A stretch of DNA of 64,000 nt from Eledone cirrhosa (Eukaryota): NCBI GenBank assembly GCA_964016885.1, contig OZ024742.1, positions 244,094,001 to 244,158,000 of the forward strand, given 5' to 3'. Below the pieces are notes generated by a model that worked only from the letters and a program-made list of their open reading frames with translations, was not told where the DNA came from and ran no database searches. The translations under genes and the position numbers were made by a program. Shown piece by piece: positions 13,208 through 26,219 of the stretch. How positions within the stretch are numbered: position 1 is the first letter of the stretch; every line of letters begins with the position of its first letter.

Positions 13208-13525
13208 TCAATGTAGAAGAGTACTGGGAGTTCCTAAAAAATAACTTACTAAAGGTGACGGACGAGCTCTGTGGTTGGAGCAAGTCCACAAGGAGGAGGA
13301 GAGTGACTTGGTGGTGGAACAATAAGGTAGATGAGGCAGTTAAGGCTAAGAGACAAGCATGGAAAGAATGGAAGAATGGGGGTAGCAGGGTACATTACAT
13401 AGAGACCAGGAGGGAAGCTAGGCGACAAGTATACTTAGCTAAAAGGGAACCAGAGAATAGAAAATTCAAGCATGTTTTGCAACGTGAAGATCAGAAACAG
13501 GAGGTTTCAAGATTGCTAGGCAGTG
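13208..13525 (+). mobile_element. 5' part of an older RTE copy, interrupted by the insertion at 13526-17750
   Basis: Translates to NVEEYWEFLK...RRVTWWWNNKVDEAVKAK...EDQKQEV. Homology resumes at ~17751. Confidence 0.85.
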
Positions 13526-16500
13526 TCATCATCATCATCATCATCATCAACGTTTAACGTCCGTGTTCCACGCTTGCATGGGTTTGGACGGGGGTTTTCC
13601 ACTTGAGGCAAGAGTGATTGACTTGCTCGCATAGGACTGTCTTGCGGGTTTTCTACAGCTGGATGCCCTTCCTAACACCAACCACATTTACAGTGTGGGG
13701 CTGGGAGGTTTTTACCGTGTTGCCTACACGGCCACATTACAGCGTGGACTGTCTGGCGGGTTTTCTACAGCTGGATGCCCTTCCTAACACCAACCACATT
13801 TACAGTGTGGGGCTGGGAGGTTTTTACCGTGTTGCCTACACGGCCACATTACAGCGTGGACTGTCTGGCGGGTTTTCTAGAGCTGGATGCCCTTCCTAAC
13901 ACCAACCACATTTACAGTGTGGGGCTGGGAGGTTTTTACTGTGTTGCCTACACGGCTACATTACAGCGTGGACTGTGTGTTTTTTTGTTGTGACACCTAC
14001 ACGATCTCATTTGTTTCGGCCTGGATGTTGTGGCACCAACATAACTTTACATTGAAAGGGGCGGTGTGGATGGGGTGGGGGTGGTGGGACGGGGGTGTGT
14101 TTTGTTAGAGATGCCTACTGACTGTAGTAGGTTTTACTTTGTACCCTTGCAAGCAGGGAAAAGTGGACGTAAAATGAAATGATGATGAAATGATTTAGGT
14201 AAGGCGGGTCTTCTCTGTTACTGAGTACCGCCAAAGGTCTCGGTCCAGTGACATTGTCTTGGAGAGGTGTAAGCGTGTGAGGTCGGAATTTATCAAGTCG
14301 TGCCAGGTTTTTCTGGGTCTGCCTACTCCGTGGCTACCGTCTATCTTTATTGCCCTGCACTTTGTTATACAGCTGTCGTCTTTCATGCGCATCACGTGTC
14401 CATACCAACGTAGCCTTCTCTCGAGTAAACAACATCTGATCCCTCTTATTTCTAATTTTTTCCTTAGTTCGTTTATGCTTAGCCGTTCACGTATATTACT
14501 ATTACACATCCAGCGGAGCATGCAAGCTTCGTTCCTCTCTAGTCTGCGTATATCCTCTGCACACAATGCCCAGGTCTCACTGCCATGCAGCATTGCTGTT
14601 CGTATGCAGGCATCATACAACCTGCCTTTCATTTTTAGGGAGAACCCTTTAGCGGCTAATAGTGGTATAAGCTCTCTGAACTTTTTCCATCCAGTTCTGA
14701 CTCTAGTTACTGTACTTTCAGAGCACCCTCCCCCACTGCTGATTTTGTCACCCAGGTAACGGAAGCTGTCCACTATTTCTATAGAACCCTCTGCGCAATT
14801 GAAAGGGCTAGTATTTTGTGGGCACTTGCTGCTACTTATTGCACCAGAGCACCGGCCACATGTAAAACCTATGTTCTTAGTTAGCTTACCTGTGATCCCA
14901 CTACATCTTTTATGCACCCATACTTTGCATTTGGGATATAAAATGGAGTTTCTACCTACGCCTTTCCTACACACTGAGCATGGCCATTTCCCGGAAGGGA
15001 CCGCCGCCTTATTTTCTTTCCTACAAACTAGAACTTTAGTCTTAGCCAGGTTAATTTTAAGGCCTTTTGATTCTAGGCCGCGCTTCCATGTTTGGAATTT
15101 CTTCTCTAGCTCGGTCATTGATTCAGCTATGAGCGTTAGATCATCTGCGTATAGGAGTTCCCATGGGCAGCCGGTCTTGAACTCCTCTGTTATAGCCTGA
15201 AGGGCAATAATAAATAGTAGGGGGCTAAGAACAGAGCCCTGATGGACACCAACTTTTACGCTAAACTCTTCACTATATTCGTTGTTAATTCTAACCTTGC
15301 TGACTGTTTCTTTATACATGGCTTGTATAGCTCTCACAAACCATTCGTCATCACCTAGTTTTCTAAGAGCCCACCAGATAATGGAACGGGGGACTCTGTC
15401 GAAGGCTTTCTCCAAGTCAACAAAAGCTAAGTATAGGGGTTTACTTTTAGCTAGGTACTTCTCCTGTAGTTGTCGTACAATGAAAAGAGCATCTGTGGTA
15501 CTTTTGCCTGACACAAACCCGAACTGCATTTCATCTAGATCAATTCTCTCTCTGATTAGTTGCGCTATTACTTTTTCCGTGACCTACATGACCTGGTCGA
15601 TTAATTTAATGCCTCTATAGTTACACCTATCTAGGGCATCTCCTTTACCCTTGTAACAGTTAATGATGATGCTGCTATGCCAGTCCTTCGGAACAACCCC
15701 ATTCTGTATGACTTGGTTTACTATCCGGGTGACCATGGTGTGTCCCACCGTTCCAGAGGCTTTCAGCATCTCAGCAACTATTTCCGAAGGCCCAGCCGCC
15801 TTACCCGTCTTCATATCTTTGATTGCGTTACTTATTATACTACCTTCGACTAACACTGCTGGTCCCTCTATTGGGTCGATGTGGGGGAGACTGTCTTTTT
15901 CCCATTTGTTCTCCTCATTTAGAAGCCTTTCGTAGTGACACTTCCAAGCTACCTTCTTATCAGCGTCAGTGATGGCAAGTATGCCATCATCATTAAGTAC
16001 ACACTTCTCCCCGACAATATCACGGTTTTCCTTGAGACATTGCCTAGCAATCCTGAACACCTCACGTTGTAGAACATGCTTGAACTTTTTTTCCTCTGCT
16101 TCCCTTCTTGCGAAGTACACTTGTCTCCTAGCTTCCCTCCTGGCCACTTGATAGTCTTCTCTACTTCCCCCATCCCGCCATACTTTCCAAGCCTGTTTTT
16201 TGGCCTTAATTGACTCCTCCACCTTACTGTTCCACCACCATGTTACTCTCCTCCTACCTACAGGCCTGCTCCAGCCACAGACTTCGTCTGCCGCCGTCAG
16301 CAGGTTTGCTTTCAGGAATTCCCACTGTTCCTCTATATTATACGACTCTAATTGCTCTTCCTTACTGTCGAAAGCATCAAGTAATATGCTTTGAAATTTA
16401 TTTCTGGCTATGGGGTCCTTTAGCTTCCATATTTTTCTCCTGAGGATAGTCCTCTTCTGCTGTCTAGTACGTCTCGTCCTGACTATGAGGTCGCTAATTA

Positions 16501-17750
16501 TTTGTTTACGTTGGGAGGTGCATTCTTCATGGGGGAGGGATTTAGTGTTAACAACAGACACTCTGTCACGTCTTCTGGTAAGGATATAATCTACCTGGCT
16601 TGTGTGTTCCCCCGATCTATAGGTGATCAAGTGATTGTCTCGTTTTTTGAAGTTAGTGTTACAGATAGTTAGGTTATTTGCGTCACAGAATTCCAGGATT
16701 CTGGAGCCTTCCTCATTTCTAGTACCGAACCCATAGCCTCCATGGATTCCGTCATAGCCGTCACAATGTTGTCCAACGTGACCATTTAGGTCGCCTTCAA
16801 TAATTATATAGTCACTGTCGGTTATTTGGGAGGTAGCGAGCATCAGTGTCTCATAGAATCTGTCTTTTATAGCGCCGGGCTGTCCGGATTGGGGTGCGTA
16901 GTTCTATTGAGGACAAGTCTTATTTTAATTATTCTGTCGTTCACTCTATTTATGTCTATTATCTTATCTGCCCACTTTTCTGCTACCATGATTCCTACTC
17001 CACCCAGCCCATTGTCATTTCCCACCCAGAAAAGCTTATAGCATCGTTCTTTACTCACGATGAATCTAGCAGACCCTCGCCTCCACCTGGTCTCTTGAAT
17101 ACAACAAACATCGACCTCCTTACGTTCAAGCATTTCTACAACCTCGTTAGAGCGGCTCTTTAAGGTGCCTACATTCATGGTACCAACTCTGAAGTTTTGG
17201 ATTGCGTTTGGAGGGTGGGCGGGAAGGGGGAGTTAGCCATCCACGGCCGAAACAAGGTGAATTTGTCTTTATCTTTGGCATTGTCGCTGAGCGTCCAGAT
17301 TTTTTCTCTCTTCAACTCTCCAGAATTCCGTAGTCCATCCATCATATCGAAAAGCAACCAGTTAAGCGATAGTATGGGCCTCTGACTTATGATTGGTCCA
17401 CGTAATAATGGTGGTGCGTGGGGGAGGGAGGGATGTTGGGTAGTTAGAGAGAAGCTAAGGTTTAAAATATGATCCCCGTATTTTGGGCATAATTTAACAA
17501 TAAACGAAAATACAAGATTTGTTTTGTTTAGGAAAATACGATAGAGAAAATGCAATGATAGAGAAAATGCGATGATAGAGAAAATACGATTTTAGAGAAA
17601 AAATATGATATATGATATATGATATAGAATGGCGAATGAATGGATTAGAATGGAGAGAAGAATGGAGAAAATATTTGAACGTTACATTATACCGAGGAAA
17701 CAGCCATACCAGAATAGCGATTTGGCGATTTTGATTTTTTTTCGTATTTG
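13526..17750 (-). mobile_element. Near full-length RTE-clade LINE (APE endonuclease + RT with PHD-type insert), about 4.2 kb
   Basis: EN motifs NVGTL, DVCCIQETRW, YAPQ, GDLNGHVG and SQVDYIL; RT motifs NYRGIKL, QFGF, FVDLEKAFDRV, GVHQGSVLSP and YADD. The ORF at 17178-14195 is broken by a frameshifting lesion near 16900 and an in-frame TAG at 15584-15586. (ATC)n tail at 13527. The 5' boundary is inferred from where the host RTE resumes. Confidence 0.95.
13634..13975. repeat. Three tandem 112-bp units in the RTE 3' UTR
   Basis: GGACTGTC..GGTTTTCTACAGCTGGATGCCCTTCCTAACACC...ATTACAGCGT three times. The equivalent ORF starts at 13775 and 13887 are 112 apart. Confidence 0.92.
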
Positions 17751-19851
17751 GTGTGTCAGAAAGAATTGTGATGTCATTGGAGAGAAGTGTATCCGGAATG
17801 ATAATGGTGACTTTGCCCTCACAAGTGCCGAGAAGAAAGCTGCATGGAAGAGCCATTATGAAAGATTACTAAACGAGGAGAATGCATGGGAAAAAGAGAC
17901 CCTACCCCAAGCGGACCCTATAGCCCTCTATAGTACAAGTACAAGTCAGCAGCAGCGTAGTAAGTAAGGCAGTCAAAGATATGAAGACAGGGAAGGCAAC
18001 TGGTCCATTGAGCTGCTGAGATGCTGAAGGCATCTGGGTCGGTAGGTCACACCATAACCACACAAATTGTTAACCAGATAATACTAGAGGGTATCATACC
18101 AAAGGATTGGTGCAGCAGCATCATTGTCAACTGCTACAAAGATAAAGGAGATGCACTAGATAGAGGAAACTATAGAGGTATAAAGCTGATGGACCATGTC
18201 ATGAAAGTAACGGAAAGAGTTATAGCACAGTTGATTAGGGACTGGGTGAAACTAGATGAGATGCAATTTGGGTTTTTACCAGGAAAAGGCACCACTGATG
18301 CCCTCTTCCTTGTGAGGCAGTTACAGGAAAAGTACCTAGCTAAAAGTAAGCCGCTCTACCTGGCATTCGTCGATCTGGAAAAAGCCTTCGACAGAGTCCC
18401 CCATGCTATAATCTGGTGGGCTCTTAGAAAATTAGGGGTAGATGAATGGCTTGTGAAAGCTGTACAAGCCATGTATAGAGAAGCAGTCGGCAAAATTAGA
18501 GTGAACAATGACTATAGCGAGGAATTTAGCATAGAGGTTGGTGTCCACCAGGGCTCTGTTCTTAGCCCTCTCCTGTTCATTATAGTTTTGCAGGCAATAA
18601 CGGAGGAGTTTAAGACCGGATGCCCATGGGAACTCCTATATGTGGATGATCTTGCACTTATAGCTGAATCCATGGTGGAACTAAAGAAAAAATTCCAAAC
18701 ATGGAAGCAGGGACTAGAAAGAAAGGACCTCAAAATCAATTTAACAAAGACTAAGGTTCTTGTAAGCAGACGAGAAAACAACCCAGATCCCCTCAGGGAA
18801 ATGGCCTTGCTCAGTATGTAGGAAAGGTGTAGGTAGGAACTCCATCCTCTGCCCCAAATGCAAACAATGGGTACACAAGAGATGTAGTGGGATCTCAGGA
18901 AATTTAACTACGAATGTAGGCTTCATATGTAGCAGCTGCACTGGGACAGCAAGCAGCAAACGACCACAGGAAACAAGCACCACCAAACTCTGGGAGGGCT
19001 CTGTAGAAACAGTAGACAGCTTCTGCTACCTAGGTGACCGAATTAGCAACGGAGGTGGGTGCTCAGAAAGTACAATAACTAGGGTAAGAACGGAATGGAA
19101 GAAGTTCAGGGAGCTACTGCCACTGCTAGCTGCAAAAGGCTTTTCCCTCAAAATGAAAGGCAGACTGTATGATGCGTGTATACGAACAGCAATGTTACAT
19201 GGAAGTGAAACCTGGGTGCTGTCTGTAGAAGACTTGCGCAGATTAGAAAGAAACGAAGCTTGCATGCTCCGATGGATGTGTAATAGTAATATACGCAAAC
19301 GGCAAAGTATAAACGAATTGAGAGAGAGACTGAGCATAAGAGGAATCCAATACTGTGTGCAGGAGAGGAGGTTACATTGGTATGGAGATGTGATGCATAT
19401 GAAGGATGACATCTGCATAAAAAGGTGCAGAGTACTAGAGCCGGTGGAAGCCGCGGAGTGGGGAGACCCAAGAAGACCTGGGATGAGGTGATAAAGACCG
19501 ACCTTACCCAATTGCACCTCTCAAGGGCAATGACACATGACCAGGACCTCTGGCGTAACAGTAATACCGAAGACCCGACCACCCACTGCAAAGTGGTTGT
19601 GGAGGTGCCACGGTAAAAAAGCACCAAGCCCACACTGTAAAGTGGACGTGTAGGCGCCACAGAAAAAAAGCACCCATCACTCACTGTAAATGAGGTTGGT
19701 GTTAGGAAGGGTATCCAGCTATAGAAATCAAGCCAGAATCAGTTCCTGTATGAGCAAGACAAGGTCAGCTGACTGGACACTGCTCACAACAGGACAACCC
19801 GCTTTACCCACGCTAGCGTGGAAGAAGGGACGTAAAACGGTGATGATGATG
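17751..19851 (+). mobile_element. 3' part of the older RTE copy (RT, frameshifted) with 3' UTR and (GAT)n tail
   Basis: CVRKNCDVIGEK...QFGF...FVDLEKAFDRV...LLYVDDL...RRLHWYG. Tail GGACGTAAAACGGTGATGATGATG. Confidence 0.93.
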
Positions 19852-20020
19852 AATATATATATACAATATAGAGAAGAAAAACAGGAGATGGTGGTTAAAA
19901 TCCTGTAATGAAAACACATTCATGCAAGTCCTTTACTCCGCTATTTTACTTGGTATATATATACACACACATACACACTGTGTAATCAATATATTATATT
20001 TATTATTACTGTGTTAATAA

Positions 20021-20238
20021 GGGTGGTGGATCAGCAGAATCGGCAGAGCGTCGGATCAAATGCTCCGCGGCATAGAATTATGACACTTTACATTCTGATT
20101 TCAAATCCCGCTGAGGTTAGCTTTGCCTTTCATCCTTACAGGATTGATAAAATAAAGCACTGAGGTCGATTTAATCAACTTTCCCTCCCTTTCCCCTTCA
20201 AATTACTGGTCTTGTGCCTAAAGTAGAAACAATTATTA
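20021..20238 (+). mobile_element. tRNA-derived SINE, same family as 3658
   Basis: Shared head, body and tail motifs. Confidence 0.8.
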
Positions 20239-20289
20239 CTGTGTTAATATTATTTATGTCTGAGGTGGGGTAATGGGGAGGTTGTTAAC

Positions 20290-20760
20290 CCATTTGTTCT
20301 TTCTGGGTGAGTTTTGGTTATACTTGTGTTCTAATGTCTCAGTAATCTGTCTAAATATCAGATCATATGGGTGTGCAGAAAACGTTTTTCATTTCCACAT
20401 TGTTTATTGATTAAGAATATTTGTAGAGTATAGGTGCTGGTCTCTTTCATTGTACTTACACTAGTGTTCTTCAATCTTTTCACTTATTCATGGGCTGGTT
20501 CTCCTGTCTCGGCTATAAAGGTGTCCCTACACACCATGCATGCCATTATGGTATTGTTATCAGTACAGGCTTTTTTTTTTCAGTTGCTCATTATTGATTT
20601 AATACAGCTGCCTGTTTTTTCTTGTATTTTAATCTGAATTTTCTTTCATGCAATGCTATCCCAAACCTGTGAGCTGGTTCACTCTTGTGTGTTTTCCTCT
20701 CCAAAGAGGGAACTGTTCCTCTACGTTATAAAGCAAGCTGACCCACTTCCAAAACGAACT
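20290..20760 (-). mobile_element. Penelope-like GIY-YIG endonuclease remnant
   Basis: The minus strand reads CRDTFIAETG...IEEH (cf. C..xYIGETG...R.xEH). A hammerhead motif lies 5' of it on the same strand. Confidence 0.4.
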
Positions 20761-20865
20761 AATATAGATGACACAATGGCTAGTTAACTAAAAAGAAACA
20801 GATTTCTTGGCTTTATTAAGGGAATTGTTATGACTGACAGCATAGTACATGATAACGTCAATCAC

Positions 20866-20908
20866 ATTATAACTACTAGTTTCACCATTATTTGGTTCAT
20901 CAGATAAT
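20866..20908 (-). ncRNA. Minimal type I hammerhead ribozyme motif
   Basis: Minus strand: attat CTGATGA acca-aataa-tggt GAA act-agt-agt T ataat. All three stems pair; the cleavage triplet is GUU. Confidence 0.6.
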
Positions 20909-21450
20909 TATTTCAATTCATATTAATGCTACAAATGTTTGGATATCAATGAAAGTTTATTTTCTAAAATGCTTTAATTATCTTAATGTGTCTATGTTTA
21001 TGCTTCTATATAAATATATTCATCTTCTGGCCACACACAAGCGCTTATTTCTCTTGTCTCATTGACAAAAAAATTCAAGTTAAAATATAAAATAAACATT
21101 AAAAACTGTATAGTAAACAAAGGGAAGGCACTCTACATAAGCCTTATACATGCTTTTGTTGTAATAATTAATACCTTATAGATGCTTTTGCTGTTTTTAA
21201 ACATTTATTTTGATAAAATATGGTCGTCTATCTATGATATTAAGTTTATTATGCAAGACCAGCTGCAGGTAAGGAAACTGCACTCTATCCTGCATCATCT
21301 ACATATTTAATTATATATCTATATCCAAAATTAAGATAAATCAAATGAATTTAATCTAAATCAAAATTATGGATGTCATGCCAGAAAGACATGCGCCATA
21401 TCACCCGCAAAATAAGCTCTAAGATTCTAACGAGTAGGTCCGAACATTTT

Positions 21451-21699
21451 ATAATAACTAGAAATTGATTAACATATAAATAAACATGAATAATCACAGG
21501 AGATAATTTTTACAAGTGTGTAACCACACATAGCTAGGTAGGTAGCTAAATAAAGTTGACCAGAACTTCAAAAATAGATACCTTATAATATGAAGTTCTG
21601 GTCAACTTTATTTAGTTACCTACCTAGCTATGTGTGATTACACACATGTAAAAATTATCTCCTGTGATTATTCATGTTTAATCAATTTCTAGTTATTAT
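21451..21699. repeat. Long near-perfect inverted repeat (arms ~110-120 bp, 20-nt loop)
   Basis: 21451-21570 is the reverse complement of 21591-21699, apart from a few mismatches and one ~10-nt indel. Confidence 0.95.
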
Positions 21700-22404
21700 T
21701 TAATTATACATATATTTATTACATAAATATGTATTTAACAAAATTCAAATTCATATGTTAATAAATCAACATACATCACATTAACATATATATTTGGAAA
21801 ATTCTCATCTCTTCCTTCTGTTTAGTTTAGAGCATTTAATGTTTTTAGAATGGTCCCATAATTTAGTAATATATTGCATGTAAATATATGGCAAAAGAAG
21901 TGAATCTAGATTCCTTACAGTGTACTTTTAGCTGTTTAAATTAAAAATATATAGAAGTGTAAACATAGGTCTGCTTCAGATAATTAAAAAATTATTCTAA
22001 TTAAACTTCCTCATTGTTATCTTAATACCGTTACAATGGATTTAAATTATTACCTCATGAATCGACTGACATTGAAATTGGCAATCATGGTGTAATGGAC
22101 ATTGGTATAAAAATGATGTTATATCTACCTGAGAGTAAAACCATTTTCCATTGATAAAAAAACTGCTTCACGTGGCTGTTGCAGCATTACAACTGAATCT
22201 ATTATTCAATTAATCAAAGATGGGTGTGGTATACCTAGACCTAGTACAAACTTTATAACAAGTTGATTATGAAATAATGTCGCATGAGCTGGTGCCACAC
22301 AAAATGCACCCGTAACACTCTGTATAGTGAGGGAATGTATGTAAACAAGATGTGGTCACTAGCCTGTCTGAGAGTCAGTAGCTCCAATTAAATATTGCTA
22401 TTAA

Positions 22405-22436
<32 letters not shown>

Positions 22437-22749
22437 GCTACATGATTTAGCATAGCTTGTAAACTAAGAAAATTGTATATCTTTTTAAAAGTTCTTGTAA
22501 CCATTGATTGGTAGACTTTCAAAAGAGTCAATAATTGTGAAGAATGCCTCATAGAACTGTCTTTAAACTTTCATAACTCTATCTTTAGTTATGTTGAGGA
22601 AAGCAATATGTTAAAGCAAACATGGTGATGTCAAAGAACAATAAAATATCAGGTGGACTGATGAAAGTGATACATAATTCAATGCTAGAAAATTTGAAGA
22701 ATTTTGCTATCACCCTTGCAATACAATGTAAAGAGAGATTGAAATCCCC

Positions 22750-23400
22750 AATACAGAATTTGTGCAATACCCAAGAATTATAATTAGTATTGACACGTTA
22801 TTTCATGCATTTATTACTGACACAACATCAACATCCTGGCTGCTGACAAATTGGATTATGAGAAGATTTAGAAAAAAGGAGAACAAGACACTTGGAATTG
22901 GAAGGCATTTGTTTTCTGTTATTTGGAATATTGCTTCCAGCTATGATTGCTTCATAGTGAGTAGTGAATGTCAATCTCACTACTGAACTGGAAGCAATCC
23001 AATAGTCCTGCACAAAGAAGATTGCCTCTATACAGCAGGTAATCTACTGGGAGAGCTTGAAAGTTTTAAGACTCAACTCTCCAGATAAAAAAATGGGAAG
23101 ATAGGCACTAATTTTTATCTGGAAAATCTTTTAGAAATTGGCACCAAACTTTTGAAAACCCTACAAATACCCAAACTAAGCATCATTGCAGAGTGCCAAA
23201 GATTGCACTCTTTACCTCTCATGTTAGGTTTAGGTACTGTAATAGCTTGGGGTTTAATTAACTACTATTTTTCAATATGCTCTTGAAAAAAGAAAGAGGT
23301 GGGTCTGTATAGCGTGGATGTTAGCCTGTTGAAACATGTGAACTTTCTGCTATATGAGATCCAGATCAGCCTGCATCTGGGCAAGTATCACAAATAAAGA
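22750..23400 (+). mobile_element. Decayed CR1-like LINE 3' region
   Basis: Fragments read LEAIQ*SCTKKIASIQQVIYWESLKVLRL...ALIFIWKI, matching the CR1/L2-type ORF2 C-terminus. Confidence 0.6.
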
Positions 23401-25299
23401 CAGCACCACGAAACATCATGCATTGAGTTCTATTTGAATACTTGATTCCTGAATCAAGTTTATTTATTTCATTCAAATCATGCCAAGATCAACTTCCATC
23501 CTTTTGGGGTTGATAAAAAATGAAACGCCATTTTCCAATATATCAATATTTTAGGTTCGTTTTGCTTTGTTAAGGGGGTACGGACCAATTCTAAATCGTT
23601 TCTCTTTAAAAAAAAAAATGTCTTGTTTTTAAGCCAGCCACATTCTCAAAGGTTACCTTTACCAATATACACATTGTTCTTTCCATATTATTTTCAATGC
23701 TCTCTTATCACATTTATATTACTACTTTTAGCTCATCTTTAAACTCCTATCTATTGCACATCCAATAGATCACAGTTATTTTCATTACCTGTAGCCTTTA
23801 TACAAGACACAGCTTGCTTTTATACACATATGCTTTCAATAATGGCAGTATGATACTTTTATTCATCCCATATCCATGGAAACTAGACTTTGCTTCTTCT
23901 TACCGATTAGACATTTTAAACAATGCTGAATACATTCAGCAGTTGTATTAAATCTATAACTTACACACTAATGATTTTTTTTTCTTTCTTTCCGTTCAAC
24001 AGATAAACGTGCTAGTTATTTTGTCTCAAGAAAGATAACTCTTAAAATAATAGCAATCCAACACTCCTCAATTAAATGAATGATCGTCTTTTACGTGGTT
24101 GTAAATTCTTCATGGTTAATGTATGCGTCAGCTGTCTGTTGTTTATCTTCAGATCGTCCCTGTTTAGGTAGACCCATGATCAGAGGAATTCCATTCATGA
24201 CCATCCAGAATTTTATTCAGGCATAATGCGCTGAATAATACATTATCCAATGTGGTCTTCGTATTTGAAGACAGCAAGGTGTGATCTTGCAACAGGTTTG
24301 GCTGTTATTTCTACCGTGTCGAATGACCACGTATAGAATAGGTGCCGTAATTGGTTCGCAGTTACCCACACGCGTATTTATTTATTTATGTGTTTGTATG
24401 TATGTATGTATGTATGTATGTACGTACGTACGCATGCATGAATGTATGTATACATAAAAAATGTATGCAGTGCTGGATTTACCATTATGCTTAGGTGTAC
24501 TTAAGCACAGGGGCCTCATCTTCCTGTCAAAATAATTTTTTACCACTTTCAGGCCCCAAGTAAGGGGTTTCATAACCTAAATAGGACTCACTTGTCCTAA
24601 ATCCGCCACTGTATGTATGTATGTACGTTCGTTCGTTGGAAGTATTTAATAAAATGATTATCACCATCCTTTATAAGGTGTACTTCCGATTGTGAAGTCT
24701 CCCCTCGTTAGAATAAAATGTTGAGGGTTAATATGTCATCGGCACCGAATTTTATTTGCTATCTGAAGCTACTTCACTTTATCTAGATGAAGATAGCTAT
24801 TAAAGTGTCAATTCCCCCAAAATTGCAAGTTTTGTGCCTGCGCCATAAAACACTTTGCCAGGTCTTTACCTTTCTAGGTGCAAACTCAAGGTCATTCATT
24901 ACCGAGAGTATTTGTGTGTTTCTTCAGTTACAATGTAGCTAATCGTGGCCATGAGATTTAACGTGATTAAGTTTACTGCTTCTATATTTCACCTTCTCAA
25001 ACACAGACTTACAAAGATTAAGCGAGTTACTTTGATTCCGTATGGGTGCATTAGGCTTGAATCCGCATTTCATGCTACTTATGTTTATGTCTTTGTTGTC
25101 CAATAGAATATTTGTTTACATGAGAAGGAATAAGCCGTTTGTTACATTCATACATTGTTAGCATGATCGAAACCAAAACTATGTAGAGAAATGGTGCATC
25201 TTTGCCACACTTCCACTCTTTGACCGTTACCACCTTTGCTATTCATATAATTTAGAATTCATTTAAAAAGCTACAAAAAGAATAAAATCAGGAAGCCGT

Positions 25300-25650
25300 G
25301 ATGTTCATTCTCTACCTGATAGCGTTAACTCATTTATATGACAGAAGCGAATACAAGCGGCTGAAATGGGGTTCTTCCGAGGGATCTTTGGAGTAACGTT
25401 ACTCGATAGTGCATAGCTCGGAGATCAGGGAGTCAGTATGTAGAGCCGCTACTTCTCCGATATTACGCACAAGTGGTTAGAATGTCCCAGGAAAGAATTG
25501 TCGGACATATTTTACGGGCTAAACCTACGACCCAGAAGTAAGCTCCGAGCAAGATGGTTGGATAACATCTACGGGTTCGGCTGGTTTCACTTGGGATCTA
25601 GCCAGATCCAAAGACGGTTGCTTCTGACACGACTCCCTCAAGAATAAGTG
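25300..25650 (+). mobile_element. Decayed RTE-like 3' fragment (second family)
   Basis: Reads KRIQAAEMGFFRGIFGVTLLD. A related minus-strand copy lies at ~54500-54800. Confidence 0.6.
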
Positions 25651-26219
25651 GGCTAAAAAAAAAAAGAAGAAACCTCGTTGAAACATGTCATCATGATCAA
25701 CGATATTACATCATTTATAGGACACATTACCAATGACTTGTAATCCAAAGATATACAACACTCGTCTTTCCAAATAACTCTTAACTAATCATGTGATTAC
25801 CAACATTAAAAGTAACTACACTGCAATTAATGTTATTGGTAATCATAAATGACCTCAGCTAATAGCCTTGAAAGATATCTCTAACAATGACTTTAACCCC
25901 TCCCGACACTGAATGTCAATCTAACTTTTAATGATTATTACTTTTAACATTGAGTTTTAATTGAGGAAAGACTTGGTTAAGTTGTTAGTGTATATCGGTC
26001 TGATGAGCAGAGTTAACGGTTCATATCTCGGCGCGGCCTGTGTCTGACAAAAAAAAAAAAAGGCTTCTAATTTATAATATCCTAGTTCACAGAACAGATA
26101 CACAATATGAGTCATGCCACTCATGACTTATGAACAGGACCTGACACTGTATAACTAACAAATGCTTCGTTAACAAACAGTGCTGAGTTCAAATTATTTT
26201 ATGAACCTGAAGAAGTTCC

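Noticed and set aside
17180-17750. HDV-like ribozyme in the RTE 5' leader
   Set aside because: Known in some RTEs, but I could not assemble the nested double pseudoknot by eye. It needs a descriptor search.
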